Notes under the pieces: model-generated
Database searches by the model: none
Seen by the model: the letters and a program-made list of their open reading frames with translations, nothing else
Told to the model about the DNA's origin: nothing
Shown here: piece by piece, positions 49,377 to 61,716 of the stretch
How positions within the stretch are numbered: position 1 is the stretch's first letter
Layout: the number at the start of each line of letters is the position of its first letter
Assembly (NCBI GenBank): GCA_013239625.1
Contig: MU053376.1
Coordinates: 644,833-708,832, forward strand
Direction of reading: 5' to 3'
Source: Lama guanicoe
Lineage: Eukaryota
DNA: 64,000 nt
Translations under genes and position numbers: made by a program

Positions 49377-50529
49377 TCTTTTTCTTTCTTTCATGCTTTT
49401 TATTTATTTTTTATTAAGAGAGTTTTCTGCCTTTGGTAATCAGAAGGCAAACGAGAGGAGCAGGCCCTAACCGTCTCTGGAAGGTGCTCCATCTTTGCCC
49501 TTTATCCCACAGATGTTTAGAAGCCTGGGGAGTGGGGCCAAGAAGGAAGAGGTGTGTGTGAGATGGCAGAGGGTGAGAAGGCCCGGGAAGAGAAACGCAC
49601 CCTCTGGGATCAGAGACAAGATAAACGCTTGAATCAACACACACCCCCACAGAGGTGTATTTAGTAAACTTTCTTTCTCACAGGGCTTGAAAGATCAAAA
49701 TTGCTTTTTAAAAAATAATAAAAAGGAAACAGCCACTGTGGTTTCTTCTGACACCAGCCCAATTTCTTGGCTGTCACAATACTTCCAAATAACATGTGTT
49801 AAGACTTCGCTGGGCTGTCTCTTTCCCCCTCAAACCCAAGGCGAAAAACAGCAGCAAAAGCCTGCAATTCCAGCTGCATAATAATGTTTGATCAGAGGCT
49901 TCCTGAGATCTCTAATATTCCGGGAAGGTTTATAGCCGGAATATAAACCTGATGTTTTACCCCACAACTGCAAGATGGCTTCCTGCAAATATAATTCAGG
50001 CTAATGGCGCAAACCCAGGCTAACAGCCTGAACTACTGGGTTTGTCACATAGCCATCTTGGATAACCTTTGAAATCCCCCTGGTCAACCTTTACAACTAG
50101 AAAAAGTGCAGGTCGTCATTGTCTTCCTTGTGGGAGACGGGCTGCTGGAGTCGCAAAGTTACATTTCCCTGTGGCCCTGAAAGATTTCTCCCTCCACCCG
50201 CTCAGACTCCTGAAGTCTCTCTTTTTTTCTTTTCTTTTTTTAAAGACATTTGTCTAAATGTTAATTTGATTTATTCTGAAGAGCTTTAAAAAAAAAAAGA
50301 GGAGCTATTTCCCTCTTTCACAGACCCATAAACACCCAAAAAGGATATCTGTGTTCATTCACATGTATTTATTCATTCACATTTTTTCCTCCAGGTATAG
50401 CTCAGAGGAAAAAATGCAGCTTCTTGTATTCAAGGTTGGTCTTTCCATCTATTGTTTTGATCCCATCTTACATTTAGGACTTAGTCTCCACTTATTCTTA
50501 CTCTCTCCCATATTTTTAAAAAGCGTGCG

Positions 50530-51950
50530 ATTAGCTTTATTGAAGTGTAATTTATATATAGTAAAATGCAACTATTTTAACAAATGGGTGAGTTTAAGCA
50601 AATGAATACACCTGGGTAGGCACTAGCCCTGCAATCAAGATGTAAAACTGTGCTGTCTTCCCCGAAAGCTGCCTCCTGCCATCAGTTCCCCAGCAATCAC
50701 TGCTGAGAAGTGACAGATGTGATTTCTGTCACCATAGATTAGTTTCAGCTGTAATAGAATTTCCTATAAATGGAATTGTACGGAATGCATTTTTTTTATG
50801 TTTGACTTCTTTTGCTTCTAACACATTCCGAGATGCATCCTGCTGCGTGCATCAGTAGTTCACCCTTTTTCTTGCTGTGCAGTATTCCATTGTATAGATA
50901 GACTATTGTTTATTTATCCATGTACCTGTTGATGGATTTTGGGGGTGTTTTCAGCCTGGAGCTATGAATATGATTATATAATCTTTGTGTAGACATGTTT
51001 TCACTTGTCTTGGGTAGACACCCAGAAGTGGAATTTTGAGTTGTATGGTAAGTGTATGTTTGCTTAATAAGAAACTGCCAAGTCTTTTCCCAAAGCGGGC
51101 ATACCATTTTACACATCTGTCAGAAATATGTGAGAGGGCTACTCACTTCATATTCTTACCAACACTTGGTATTGTCACTCTTTTTGACATTTTAGTGGAT
51201 GTGTAGTGTCCCCCTCAGTGTAGTTTTTATTTTTAAACAACTTCATTATGATATGATTCCTTTACGGTAAACCACACATATTTCAGATGTACAATTTGAT
51301 GACTTTTGATAGATGTGTACACCAATGAAACCACCACCACAATCAAGATAGCTAATATTTCCATCGCTCCCCAAGAGGTGCAGTTTTCAAATTCCCAATA
51401 TTCCCTCCCCACCCTCTAACCCCCGGGTAACCATGAGTCTGTTCTTTATGTCTGTGAGTCTGTTTCTGTTTTGTAAGTAAGTTCATTTGTGTCTCTTTTT
51501 TTTTTTTAGATTCCACGTATAAGCGATATAATACGATATTTTTCTTTCTCTTTTTGGGTCACTTCACTTAGAATGATGATCTCCAGATCCATCCATGTTG
51601 CTGCAAATGACATTCATTATCTTATTCTTTTTATGGCTGAGTAGTATTCCATTGTACCCTCATTGTAGTTTTAATTTTCATTTTCCTATTGGCTAAAGAT
51701 GTTGAGCATCTTTTCATGTGTTTGTTGGCCATTGTATCTCGTCTTGTGAAGTGTCTATTCAAATCTTTTGCCTTTTTTGTGTTCTCATATTACAGAGTTG
51801 TAACACTTTTACAACTCATAAAGATACATTGATATCTTTATTTTAAAATATTATATATGTAAATATACATCTGTTAGTCTTTTCATTTTCTTAAAGGTAC
51901 CTTTCAAAGAGCACACATTTTAATTTTGGATGGGTCCAGTTTATCTCTCC
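50530..51950 (-). mobile_element. Old L1M 3' end with nested L1 pieces (about 51235-51375 and 51390-51655)
   Basis: ctttattgaagtgtaattta..., gtagtattccattgta, gatgttgagcatcttttcatgtg; nested tatgtctgtgagtctgtttctgttttgta. Confidence 0.85.
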
Positions 51951-52704
51951 TATATGTCTAACCCTTGCTGGCTCCTTCCCTTCAGCACATAAATGTGCTC
52001 AAGTCCTGCAATAACTACCAAACCAAACTAAACAAAACCAAGACAACCACCACCTCCGCCTCCGTCTCCAAAAGCCCTTTATTGAACTCGCATCCCTTAC
52101 TAGTACTGCTGTATCCTTCCTCATGCACAGCCGAGCAGTTCAAAAGAAAGATCTCATTTATTGTAGCTACATCTTCTGAAACCCATCCCCTCTTTAGCCT
52201 GCTCCCACCACTTCACTGTGAAATCTCGGGCAGAGTCATGGACCCCAAAGAACAGCTGGGTTCTAAGCTCTAGGAAAGCAGGTGCATATGAAATTCACCA
52301 CCCTCGGCTTGCAAGGGCAGGGCTGGGGGGCAGAGCCTGGGTGGAGGCGGGACCTGTGTGGTCTGGCAGACGTTGGTGGGGACTGGGAAGCCCTTTCACC
52401 ACTCTCTCTTGGTGTTTCAGTCTTACTTTCTCTGGGTTTCCTCTAATGTCTTTGTGTTCCCACCTAAATAACCATCACATCAACGCATTCCCTCAAAGAT
52501 GACTGATGGGGAGTGACCTTAGGAGAGCGCTTGGTGAGAGTAATCTTTCCTGGCCTCCATTCTGGTGATGCCACCGGCCCCAGCCCTTGGCTTCTCCATC
52601 ACTCCACTCTCTTCAAGCAGGCTCCTGGAGCTTATTGTCCCTGATGCCCCTGCGGTGCTGGCCAGCGCCCACACTCTTCTTCTCCTATTCGTTCCCTGTC
52701 TTGC

Positions 52705-53050
52705 TTGGCAAATTCACATTGAGTACCTATTGTGCACAGAGCTCAGCAACAAAATCACCGACTTCCAGTTGTGTGTCAGAAGCTGCCCTCAAGAAGCTCA
52801 CGGTCTTGATGGTGAGACAGTTGCATCATGTGTCATCACAGTGTGACGTGTGAGAGGACAGCCCAGTAACAGCCAAGGCAGCCTGGGGGACTTAGTGCGG
52901 GTAAGGAGCTCCACGCACTGGGACAACTCCCACCAAGGAGGGTGAAGGCAAGTGTCAGGGAAGTGAGGTGTGAGGGCACAGGCCTTTACGGTCAGCAGAT
53001 GAAGGATGCTTAGGGAACCTGTGGGAAGCATCACAGGATGTAAGTACTGC
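52705..53050 (-). mobile_element. L2 fragment
   Basis: attgagtacctattgtgc, ctgccctcaagaagctcacggtct. Confidence 0.6.
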
Positions 53051-53069
53051 AGGACGTTAAGTGTTTTCT

Positions 53070-53479
53070 CTTTTAACAGAAGTGGGATTGTAGCCAAACG
53101 TATGGCTGGACTACATTTCCCAGCTTCCCCTGGTGTTGGGTGGGGACACAGGGCTAAGTGGTCAGCAGCGGAATGTGAGCGGAAGCGGCGTGTGCCACTT
53201 GGAGCCAAGGCTTTGTGACAGTGGGTGTGCCTCCTTCACGCTCTCTTCCCTTTCTGAGAGCTGGACAGGGATGATAACAAGGCCCTATGGAGACAGTAAG
53301 TAGAGCCACAACATGGAAGGAGCTTTGGCCTTCCGTGACTGTGGAGCAAAGCCACCCTGCAAAGCCAAATAATCAGCCAAGATTGTTACATGAGCAACAA
53401 ATACACTTCTAATGTGTTAAAACACGGGAGCTTTTGAGTAATCTTTATTGCTGCAGTATGGCCTGCCCTACATAATACA
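53070..53479 (+). mobile_element. MLT1I/J-like MaLR LTR
   Basis: gactacatttcccagcttccc, ggaatgtgagcggaag, agagccacaacatggaaggagc; ends taataca. Confidence 0.85.
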
Positions 53480-53528
53480 TTCTGATTATGATGCATTTGT
53501 GAAAACTCTACAAAATACTCACGTATGG

Positions 53529-53693
53529 CTAACCCTAAGCCTAACCATAAACCTAATCCTAATGTTAAACCCTAACCTTAACCCTAACCCTCACGCTAAC
53601 ACTATACTCAGCCCTAGACCCTAACCCTAGCCCTAAATCTAGCCCTAGCACTAACCCTAACCCTAGCTTTAATCCTAGCCCAAGCCCTAACCC
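53529..53693 (+). repeat. Degenerate interstitial telomeric repeat (CCCTAA/CCCTAG)n, about 165 bp
   Basis: aaccctaaccttaaccctaaccctcac...ccctaaccctagccctaa...taaccctaaccctag. Confidence 0.9.
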
Positions 53694-53719
53694 GAAAGAA
53701 AAAAAAAACAAAAACTCAT

Positions 53720-53885
53720 GTGTGTATAAAAAAGAAGTGGAATGAAATATACCGAGATGTTAATAACGGTGGTTATCCACAGGTGGTGGGCTTATGGGAG
53801 GAGTGCATTTTCTTCGCAATTTTCTGCCTTTTCCAAATTTGTGACAACAAGCATGTATTATTTTATAGTCATGACAAATATAAAT
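53720..53885 (+). mobile_element. L1ME-like 3' end
   Basis: atgttaataacggtggttatc..ggtggtggg...tttccaaattt..aagcatgtattattttata. Confidence 0.65.
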
Positions 53886-55655
53886 TCTCTAAATTCAGGC
53901 AGTTACAGAGATAATAACAAGCTGAGAAAGAGCCTCACTACCGGAAGGCATTTGGAAAGGCTATTCAAGCACAGAATTTAAGGACAGAAAAAGCAGCGGG
54001 AAAAAGCAAGAAAATAATTCAGTGCCACATTCACTGAGGACCTGGTTATGTAAAGAGAAAGAGCAGGGACATGACTGAGGACAGCCCCAGTCCACGCCCA
54101 CCTGCATTCTCGCCCGCCTGCCCACCTCAGGCCTCTGTCCACCTGAAGCCACGCCCCGGTGCTACTAGCAAGTGTCAGGAGGGAGGTTCTGTTTTACCTT
54201 CTGTTTGTATTTTCCTTCAGATAGTGTAGGGAGCTGAAGCTATACACGAAGTTAACAGAGATTCTAGGACCAGAAGGTGGGGATAGGAAAGGGGGCACAG
54301 GTGGAACGTAGAGGCCGCACGTGCTTCCTGAAACCTACTCTGCCCTTGTCTCCATGAGAACATGAAGTCCTGATGGTCCTTCCACCCTCTGGCCCCTCGG
54401 GCCACTGGGTACTTTTTCTCAGCCCACCTTTCAGCTCCTCAAGGTCCATCCTTAGGCCTCTGCTAATACCACACTTCCTTCTGAAATGGTTTTATCCTCT
54501 CCAGCGCCTCCCAGGCTTACCCTCCATTAGCTCCAGATCCAGACGGACAGCGGCCTCTGTGGTGTCTCCATCAAATTCCACCACTTTCCACTTCCTTCCA
54601 GGGACCCTATCTCACCACCATCCAGCCCAAAGAAACCTGGGTGTTTACATCTTTTTTTTTTTAATTGACATATAGTCAGCTTGCAATGCATCAGTTTCTT
54701 TTGAGTGTATCCAGTTCCCTTCATCACCATGGCCACGGCCTCTATTCGAGCTACCACACTGCTCTCATTTTTCTGTAACAGTCCCCTAATCTATGTCCAG
54801 AACCTCAAGACCCTCCACTTTCCACACAGCCCCAAGAATGTATTTTTCCCTAACTTTAAGAAATTGTGAAAGACTTCTTATATATAGAAAAAGACATTGG
54901 GAATAAACAATAAAATCAATATCTGTATACCTCCCCCTTACCCAGGATTAACAAGTGAGAACATTTTCTGCCTATTTTCTCACAGGTAAATATTTCTAAA
55001 ACACATTTACAACTTTTACAGTGTCACTTTCTTCATTCAGAAGTCTCAGTGGATCTAAATTGCACTCAGCATAACTTCCAAACTCCTTGACCTGTCTGTC
55101 TTTTAAGACCATCTGCAGTATTGCAGTGGTTCAGAGCGTGGGCTCTGGAGTCTACCACTTACCAGCTTACTTAAGTAGCTTATTAGTACGTAATTCTCTG
55201 AGCGTCAGTCTCCATGTCTGTAAAATGGGGATGATGCCATGGGGCTGTTTGAGGAGTAGCTGAGACGTACAAGTTGCTGAGCATAGTATGGGGCACCTGT
55301 TAGATTTCTACTTCTATCCCGAATTCCAAGGCAAGAGAGAAAAGTGAAGAAAAGAGGAGGGAGGCAAGGAGCTTTAAAAGAAACAGGAAAGGGAAAGGAA
55401 GAGGAAAAACTGAGTATAAGGAAAGAGGGAAAGAGAGGGACTGAGAAGATGAGAGGAAGGACATCTAAATGGAGAAAAGGAAAAAAATGAAGGAAAAACA
55501 TAGCAAAGGAGGTACTTTTCCCAGGACAAAAGAGGCCCTTTCAGGATGAAAGGGAACTGTCATGTCTGGGAGGATTTGGTGTGATCATTAGGGATGAGGA
55601 ACTAGGGGTCAATGTCAGCGAGGGCTCCCCAGGCACCCCAGTGCCAGGGCTGCCC

Positions 55656-55710
55656 TGGAGCAGCTCCAGCAGGGGACAGTGTGGAGCAGCTCCAGCAGGG
55701 GGCAGTGTGG
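55656..55710 (+). promoter_or_regulatory. 26 bp tandem duplication carrying a CTCF-consensus motif
   Basis: tggagcagctccagcagggg(a/g)cagtg x2; CCAGCAGGGGGCAG at 55692-55705 matches CCASYAGRKGGCRS. Confidence 0.6.
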
Positions 55711-56629
55711 GGCCCTTCCCCGCTTCACCCACAATTCACCTGCTCCCTCGGGATGCTGGGGAAACACCAATTCTGTTGATGCCAAGTTACTTGGATAGAT
55801 TCTGCTACTCGCTGTTTGAGAAATAGGACAGGCATAGAGCTTTCTGGAGATTAATTTTTGATTTATTGGTGGTAACAATGATTTATTCTGATACACCCCA
55901 GGGTAAAGAAAGGGCTGTAAATATTTTAAATGCTGTTAGCTGGTGACAAGAAACATCGCTGGTTGGAGAGCAGGGCAGATGGGAATTTCAAATGCCTTCC
56001 CTAAATTACTTAAAAGCAAACTGTGAACACTTGCTAGCTTGTTTAAGATGGAGGCTGGGGGCAGAGGAGAGAAAAGTATTGCATTGTTATCTTATTAACT
56101 CAGACAACATCTTATGTTTTCTCCGCAGAGTCCATTTGCTTTCCCCACAGATTGGATTGGATTGGCTTTCACAGCCTGCTGAGGCAATTTAAGGAGACAG
56201 CTTTCAGACTCTCACTCCTGAAGAGAGGAGTGATCAGGGACCAGAGCCACTGGACCCACGCTGTCCCGCAGGACCCAAGGAGCCCAGGACTGAGAAGCAG
56301 GGTGAGATGGTGGGGAAAGCCTTGGACCACGAGTCCCAGCCTGGCTGTACAACCCTGGGTGGGTAACTCTGACCCTGAATCTCAGTTTCTCCACCTGTAC
56401 CATGGGATGCTGGCCCTGCTGGTGTGGCAGGCTGAAGACTGTGAAGTGTTTGGTGTGATTCATGGAAGAAACAGCCCCCTTGTGTTTGCTTTTACAGCCT
56501 TCTCTCCCCTTGGTTCTCACATAAGCCCTGATTCTCAGGCAGAGAAGGGATGGCTATTCGCCCTCACGTGACACGGAAGCTGTGGCTGAGGGAGGGGAAG
56601 TGGGTGACGGTTAGCGTCAGGCCCTCTGG

Positions 56630-56812
56630 AAGCCGGGACTAGGGCGAGGCAGTAAGGCGCTTGCCCCAGATGTGCAAAATTTAAAGAGGTGCCAAAAAAC
56701 TCAGTAATCCAGATGAACAATGCTTTAATGCAATATTTTTAAAGATCAAAATTAATGCCAAAAATCCACAATGAACAAAGTATGCAATTTTAAAAATAAA
56801 GACAGAATCAGT
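56630..56812. mobile_element. hAT-Tip100 (ORSL-like) fragment
   Basis: gccgggactagggcgaggca..gcaaaatttaaagaggtgccaaaaaactcagtaatc..atcaaaattaatgc. Confidence 0.6.
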
Positions 56813-57004
56813 TCCCATCTCGTGAAACAAACTCTCTCTTCCCCCTGAGCTCAAAGGCGGGGGTTCCCTGCGGCAGAGGAAACACTGCCTGCGGCTCGGT
56901 GTTGGGATTTTGTCCCTCTTGGCCTCTCAGTTCAGGTTATGACTCTTTTACTTCTCTAACCTCCAGCTTTGCCCCCAGAGGCAGGAGAGCCGAGCCGCCT
57001 GCTC

Positions 57005-57243
57005 ACAGGCTCTGGAGTACAGCCCGGCTGCCCTTCAGCCCCTGTCCCATCGTTTACTAGCTCTGGGGTCTTGGAATGCTTGCTTTACATTTTGTAAGCC
57101 TCAGTTTCCTATCTGTAAGCCTCGGTTTTCTCATCTGTGCCTGCCTCCTGGGGTTATTGTGAGGATTAAATGAGATAATGTGCAGAAAGCATTTAACAGA
57201 GGGCTAGGTCCATAGTAAGTGCTCAATAAACATTAGTTAATAT
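57005..57243 (+). mobile_element. MIR with a short internal duplication
   Basis: tgtaagcctc(a/g)gttt x2; ttgtgaggattaaatgagataatg; catagtaagtgctcaataaacattag. Confidence 0.88.
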
Positions 57244-58096
57244 GTTAAGCCCTAAAACGGCATCATGTCCTCAGCCCCAAAGTGAGACAAATTATTTTCT
57301 AAAGAGACACGATAGTACCTAGAAGGAAGGAGAAATTCACCCCAGGACAGATCTCCCTCCACTCCTGGAAGCCACTGGCAAGACAGTACAATCTGCTCGT
57401 TCCTGCAGCTCCTAAAAATTCCGGGCAGGGCCTGGGCCTCTCAGCAGCCCTGCCCCGAGAGAGGCTCAAGGCTGGACCCTGACCTGCTGGACCACCTGCC
57501 ACAGTGTCTGCCTATCCCCGCCACGCGGAGCAGGTGCTGCAAGCCAGCGACAGGCCACCATGGGAAAGCAGACCCCAGGGAGGCTGAGCTGAGGGTCCTG
57601 GTGGTGCAGAGCTCCCCATGGGCACTGCAGCTGGTCCTGCTTCCCTTTCGGAGTTGGTGTGTAGTGTGGAGCTAAATTTATGGCCCATCTTTAGCAAGCG
57701 CGTAATCCTTCCTTTCATGCATTTGGTTACGAACCTTCATCTGAGATGCACGCTCTTCCTTTGCCTTTGTCTTGTTTCCCCTCGCTTGTTTTAATTTACT
57801 TTAAGCTGCCTTAAATCCACTTCGAAACAAGGTGAGGAATAAATAAATACAGACTATCTGTATTTAAACAGCTTCCCATTGTAAATGTATATATTCTTGT
57901 GTCTCTTTTCCAAAAATGACTGCCTGCTGATGCCTGCAAATGGCTGTGTTTGCCTGTGCTAATTGTGTAACTGACTGGATTTGAAATTGAGAGCTCTGAT
58001 GAGTACCTAGGAAGCAAGGAAACTGAGTGTTTTCATTTGCAGTATAAAAGGCAGGGTTGGGCCCAGGTGTCTGCCCTAGGAAGAGTCTATTAAAGG

Positions 58097-58318
58097 CAGT
58101 GGTTCTCAACTGGGGCCAACTTTGCCTCCCAGGGGGCATTTGGCAAGATCTGAAGAAATTTCTGGTTGTCACAACTCCGGGTGCAGGGGAGGCATCTGGC
58201 ATTGCTACTGGTGTCCAGTGGGTGGAGGCCAGGGAGGCTGCTACACACCCTGCAACACGGCCCCCAAACAAGAATGGTCCGGTCCCAAATGTCAACAGTG
58301 CTTGGCTGAGAAGCCCTG
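58097..58318. mobile_element. MER20 hAT-Charlie MITE
   Basis: cagtggttctcaactgggg..catttggcaa..ggttgtcacaact..gtggaggccagggaggctgcta..aaatgtcaacagtgc..gagaagccctg. Confidence 0.92.
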
Positions 58319-61300
58319 GCTTAAGGGGAGGCTAGTTCTGGGAAGAGGGGGAAGGGCAGAGGCTTGTATACATAGAAACCATGCAGGCAGACTTTCAGCA
58401 AGAGGGAGCAGCTGAGGGCCCGTCCCCTCAAGTCCCAGGCGTCCCTAGGGCTCCCAGGGGGTCACAGGAGAAGCGAGAGCAAGCTGGGAAAGGAAGGCCT
58501 CAGTCCAGGAGGGGCCGGGCTCCAGCTGGCTGGGTTGGAGAGGGAGCCTTTCGCTCAGCACCGAGTAGATTCCAGTTGCCCTTCTGCCTTTCTCCAGTGG
58601 GATCTCGGCCCCACCAGGCCTCCCTTCCCACTGTGCTGGCCTGGGGAGCCCCAGGAGGGGGCCCGTGGGTGGGAGAAGCCATGGGAAGGGGCACCTCTCT
58701 CTGCGGGGTGGCGTCAGGCTGGCCAACTCTCTTCTCCAGGCAGCCACGTGCTCTGTTCTGCTAACAACCTGCAGCATCCCCATCCGCCCCTTCTGGGACG
58801 GGGGCCGTCAGAGCCCCTGAGCCAGGGCTGGGGCGCTGCACCCGTGGTTTCTCCACGCCCTGTCATTCTGCAGACTCTCCTGATTGGAGTGCATCACCTG
58901 CTTCTTTCAGGGATCCTGCCGGCGCTCTCTCATTCATTTACTGAATGTTCACTGAACACCTACTGTGTATCCAGGCAGCGTTCTAGGTGCTCAGGCTACA
59001 GAGGTAAACAAAGAAAAGGTCCCGGCCCACCATCCTCTCACCTTCCACCTGCAAAAGCCTCACCCCTAGTGGGACGGAGCATCAGTGTGTCCGGCTCAGC
59101 GTCACACCTGTAGCGTGTGTGGCCTAGTGAGGCAGCTTCCTGAGGCTACACCCCCAGACCAAGAGGCCATGCTGTCACCCTGCCTGCTACAGCTCTGCCA
59201 CCAGCCAGCTCTGCACACTTGGGCCAGTCACTCAGCCTCTCTGGCTTTCATTTGCCTTGTTGGTAAGTCGAGGGGTTGGACCAGATAACCAAGTTGCAGA
59301 TTTTCTGCACTGGAATTAAAACATCCTGGCCTGGGTTGCTGCCCAGATCCCGGGTTGAGGGCAGCAGAAGCAGGCATCTTGTGGCAGCTGTGCACAGCCC
59401 AGGCCTTCCAGCGGGGGGCCTGATGGGGGGGGAGAAGGGCTGGGACCTCCAGGTCCTGCTGTTGGCTGTCCTGGCTACCTTCTGGGGTGTGGAGATGGGG
59501 TGAGCTCCTCTGAGCCCTCCGAGGCCTTCTGACTCCTTCTGACACCCTTCCCTGCCAACCACACCTCTCTCAGGGCTATTGTGTTCTCCCAGGCCCAGGT
59601 GCTGCAGGCCAGGTGGCCCCAGGCCCCCAGCACAGCAGCGCTGTCCTGCTGGTGCCAGCTGGCAGGCCGGGCAGCTTCCTCCCAAACTCGCACAAAGCTT
59701 TCTGGATGCTACCAGCTGGCTAGGCTGGCTAGAGACCATGGAGGCCCCCTGTCTCAGGGTAGTGTTGCCTCCACCAGCCCAGACTTACAGGCCTTGCTCC
59801 TGCCCTGACGAACCTTCTGGGCTAGACCTTAGCAACCTCCCTTTAGAAAGTCAGTGGAGATGGAAGATGGGGCCATGGCAGGTGAGCAGTGCCCACGTCA
59901 GGCATGCTGAGTCTGCGTGAAGCACGGTGCTCCATGACTGGCGCCTTCATAGAGAGAGCATCGCGCTTAAGCTCACAAGCCCTTGGTGAGGTGGGTCTTC
60001 GCACAGCCCTTTCTCAGTGAAGCCTCGGAGCTTAAAGAGGTGACCTGACTGTCCCAGGGTCACACAGCTAGCAAATGGTCACATGACTAGACAGGGTCCA
60101 AACCCAGGACCATGGGCTCTGACAGCTTCCCTTCACCCCACACGGTTCACTGTACGGAGCCCATCCCATCCCTTCTCCCTGCAGGGTCCGGCGCACAGCT
60201 TCCCGGCCAGGCCCACCCCATCCGATGCCGGCAAATCAGGTCTTGTGGAGCATCTTCCACGACACCTTCCAGTGGGGCCGGGGTCTAAGGAATGTCCCAC
60301 CAGCCTTGCCTCGACCTGGGCTGCGGCTGTATGGGAGGCAAAGTTTGCTAGCCCAGCAATCGGGGACAGGGCCTCTTCTCCCCTTTGAGTCTGCAAGAGG
60401 CCAAGATGAGAGAGTGTCCTTTTCTCTCCATCAAACTTCTTTTCTTGGCTGGATGAAGAGTCCCCTCCTCCCTCCCTTCTTCCTTCCTTCCCTCCCCTTC
60501 TCTCCCATCCACATCTTCCTCTTCTCCAACACACCCAGTCATTGATTTCCCTTGTGCTCCCAAGAACCTCGTGCACACCTTGTCACAGCCTTGTCACCTG
60601 GCTTTATAATTGCTTCTTATTGTCTGTCTCCCCCAGCCTCTTAGAGCTCACATCCCTGCCCTGGCCCAGTGCCTGGTAGGCTAAGGGCCCTTGAGAGAAC
60701 CCAGCACCTCCGTTTGCTCCTTCCCACAGGTGCAGGGACTGCTGCTCTGTGCCCGGCTCTGGGCTCGGTGCTGGGAGGTGTTCAAGAACCAGAAGACTCC
60801 TCCCTGCCTTCAGACTCCTGGATAGACATGAGGAGATCAAGACAGTCCATGGGGATTTTACAGTGACCTTAAAAATAGTCAGACTTTTGGAAAGAGAGTA
60901 TGAGGACGGAAGCTGTCAGAGAAGTCACTAAGAGGGGGGCTCCTGAGGGATGCATGGAGTTGACTGGTGAAGGGGGGTTTCTTCCTGGGGTGGGGGAAAG
61001 GAATGGACAATGAGGGCCAGGTGTGGAGGAGGCAGCTCCCCAACGTTGGCCAGATCAGAGAGTTGGCACCTGGGGAGGGGTGGGAGAGGAGGAAGAGGAC
61101 TGAGGGCAGTTCCTGGTCCACCCCTGCTTCTTTAGCACCCGCCCCTCCACATGCTGATGGAGGCCCGCGAATGCACACGCTCACTCTCTCCTCACGGCAG
61201 CCCTGTGGGGAGGCAGGCCAGGTGGACAGCAGAGCTCACAGAAGCTCCGAGAGGTCCAGCAAGGGTTCAAGATCAAGAGTCAAAGGGCAGAGTCAGCCTA

Positions 61301-61716
61301 AACCAAGACCTCTGGGTTCCACAGTAGGGGGTGCCCGTGGATGGCAGCAGTGGCCCACAGGGTCCACGATCACTCATTCATTCCCCAGGTATGTCTTGAA
61401 CACTGGACATCTGGGTGCCAGGGCTTTGCCAGGTGGGCGTAGCGTCTGCCTCCACAGAGCCTGCAGTCTAGTGATGAGACAGGCTGTCAATTTTTTAAAA
61501 CTCTTATAAATATTTCTATATATATAATTACAGTATGTACTTCATTTTAAAATTATAAACCTCAATTTTTACACATATATATGAATTTTGAAGAAAAAGT
61601 GCAGGGTGTTATAAGAGCAGGTACCAGTGGAGCAGGGGCCCGGATTTCTTTAGAGGAGGTCCTTAAGGACGATGGCTGGGAACTTCTAAAGCTCTGTGGG
61701 TCTTTGTTCTTAGATG

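Noticed and set aside
49940..50060. Hammerhead or HDV-like ribozyme call
   Set aside because: CTGATG is not followed by the A and GAAA core arrangement of a hammerhead, and the loops are too short for HDV P3/L3/P4. Kept only as an unexplained structure.
53529..53693. Chromosome fusion site
   Set aside because: The repeats are in one orientation only, with no head-to-head TTAGGG/CCCTAA junction or subtelomeric context.
55320..55500. Purine-rich tract with a 98 aa hydrophobic antisense ORF
   Set aside because: GA-rich low-complexity sequence that produces a spurious F/L/S/P-rich frame.
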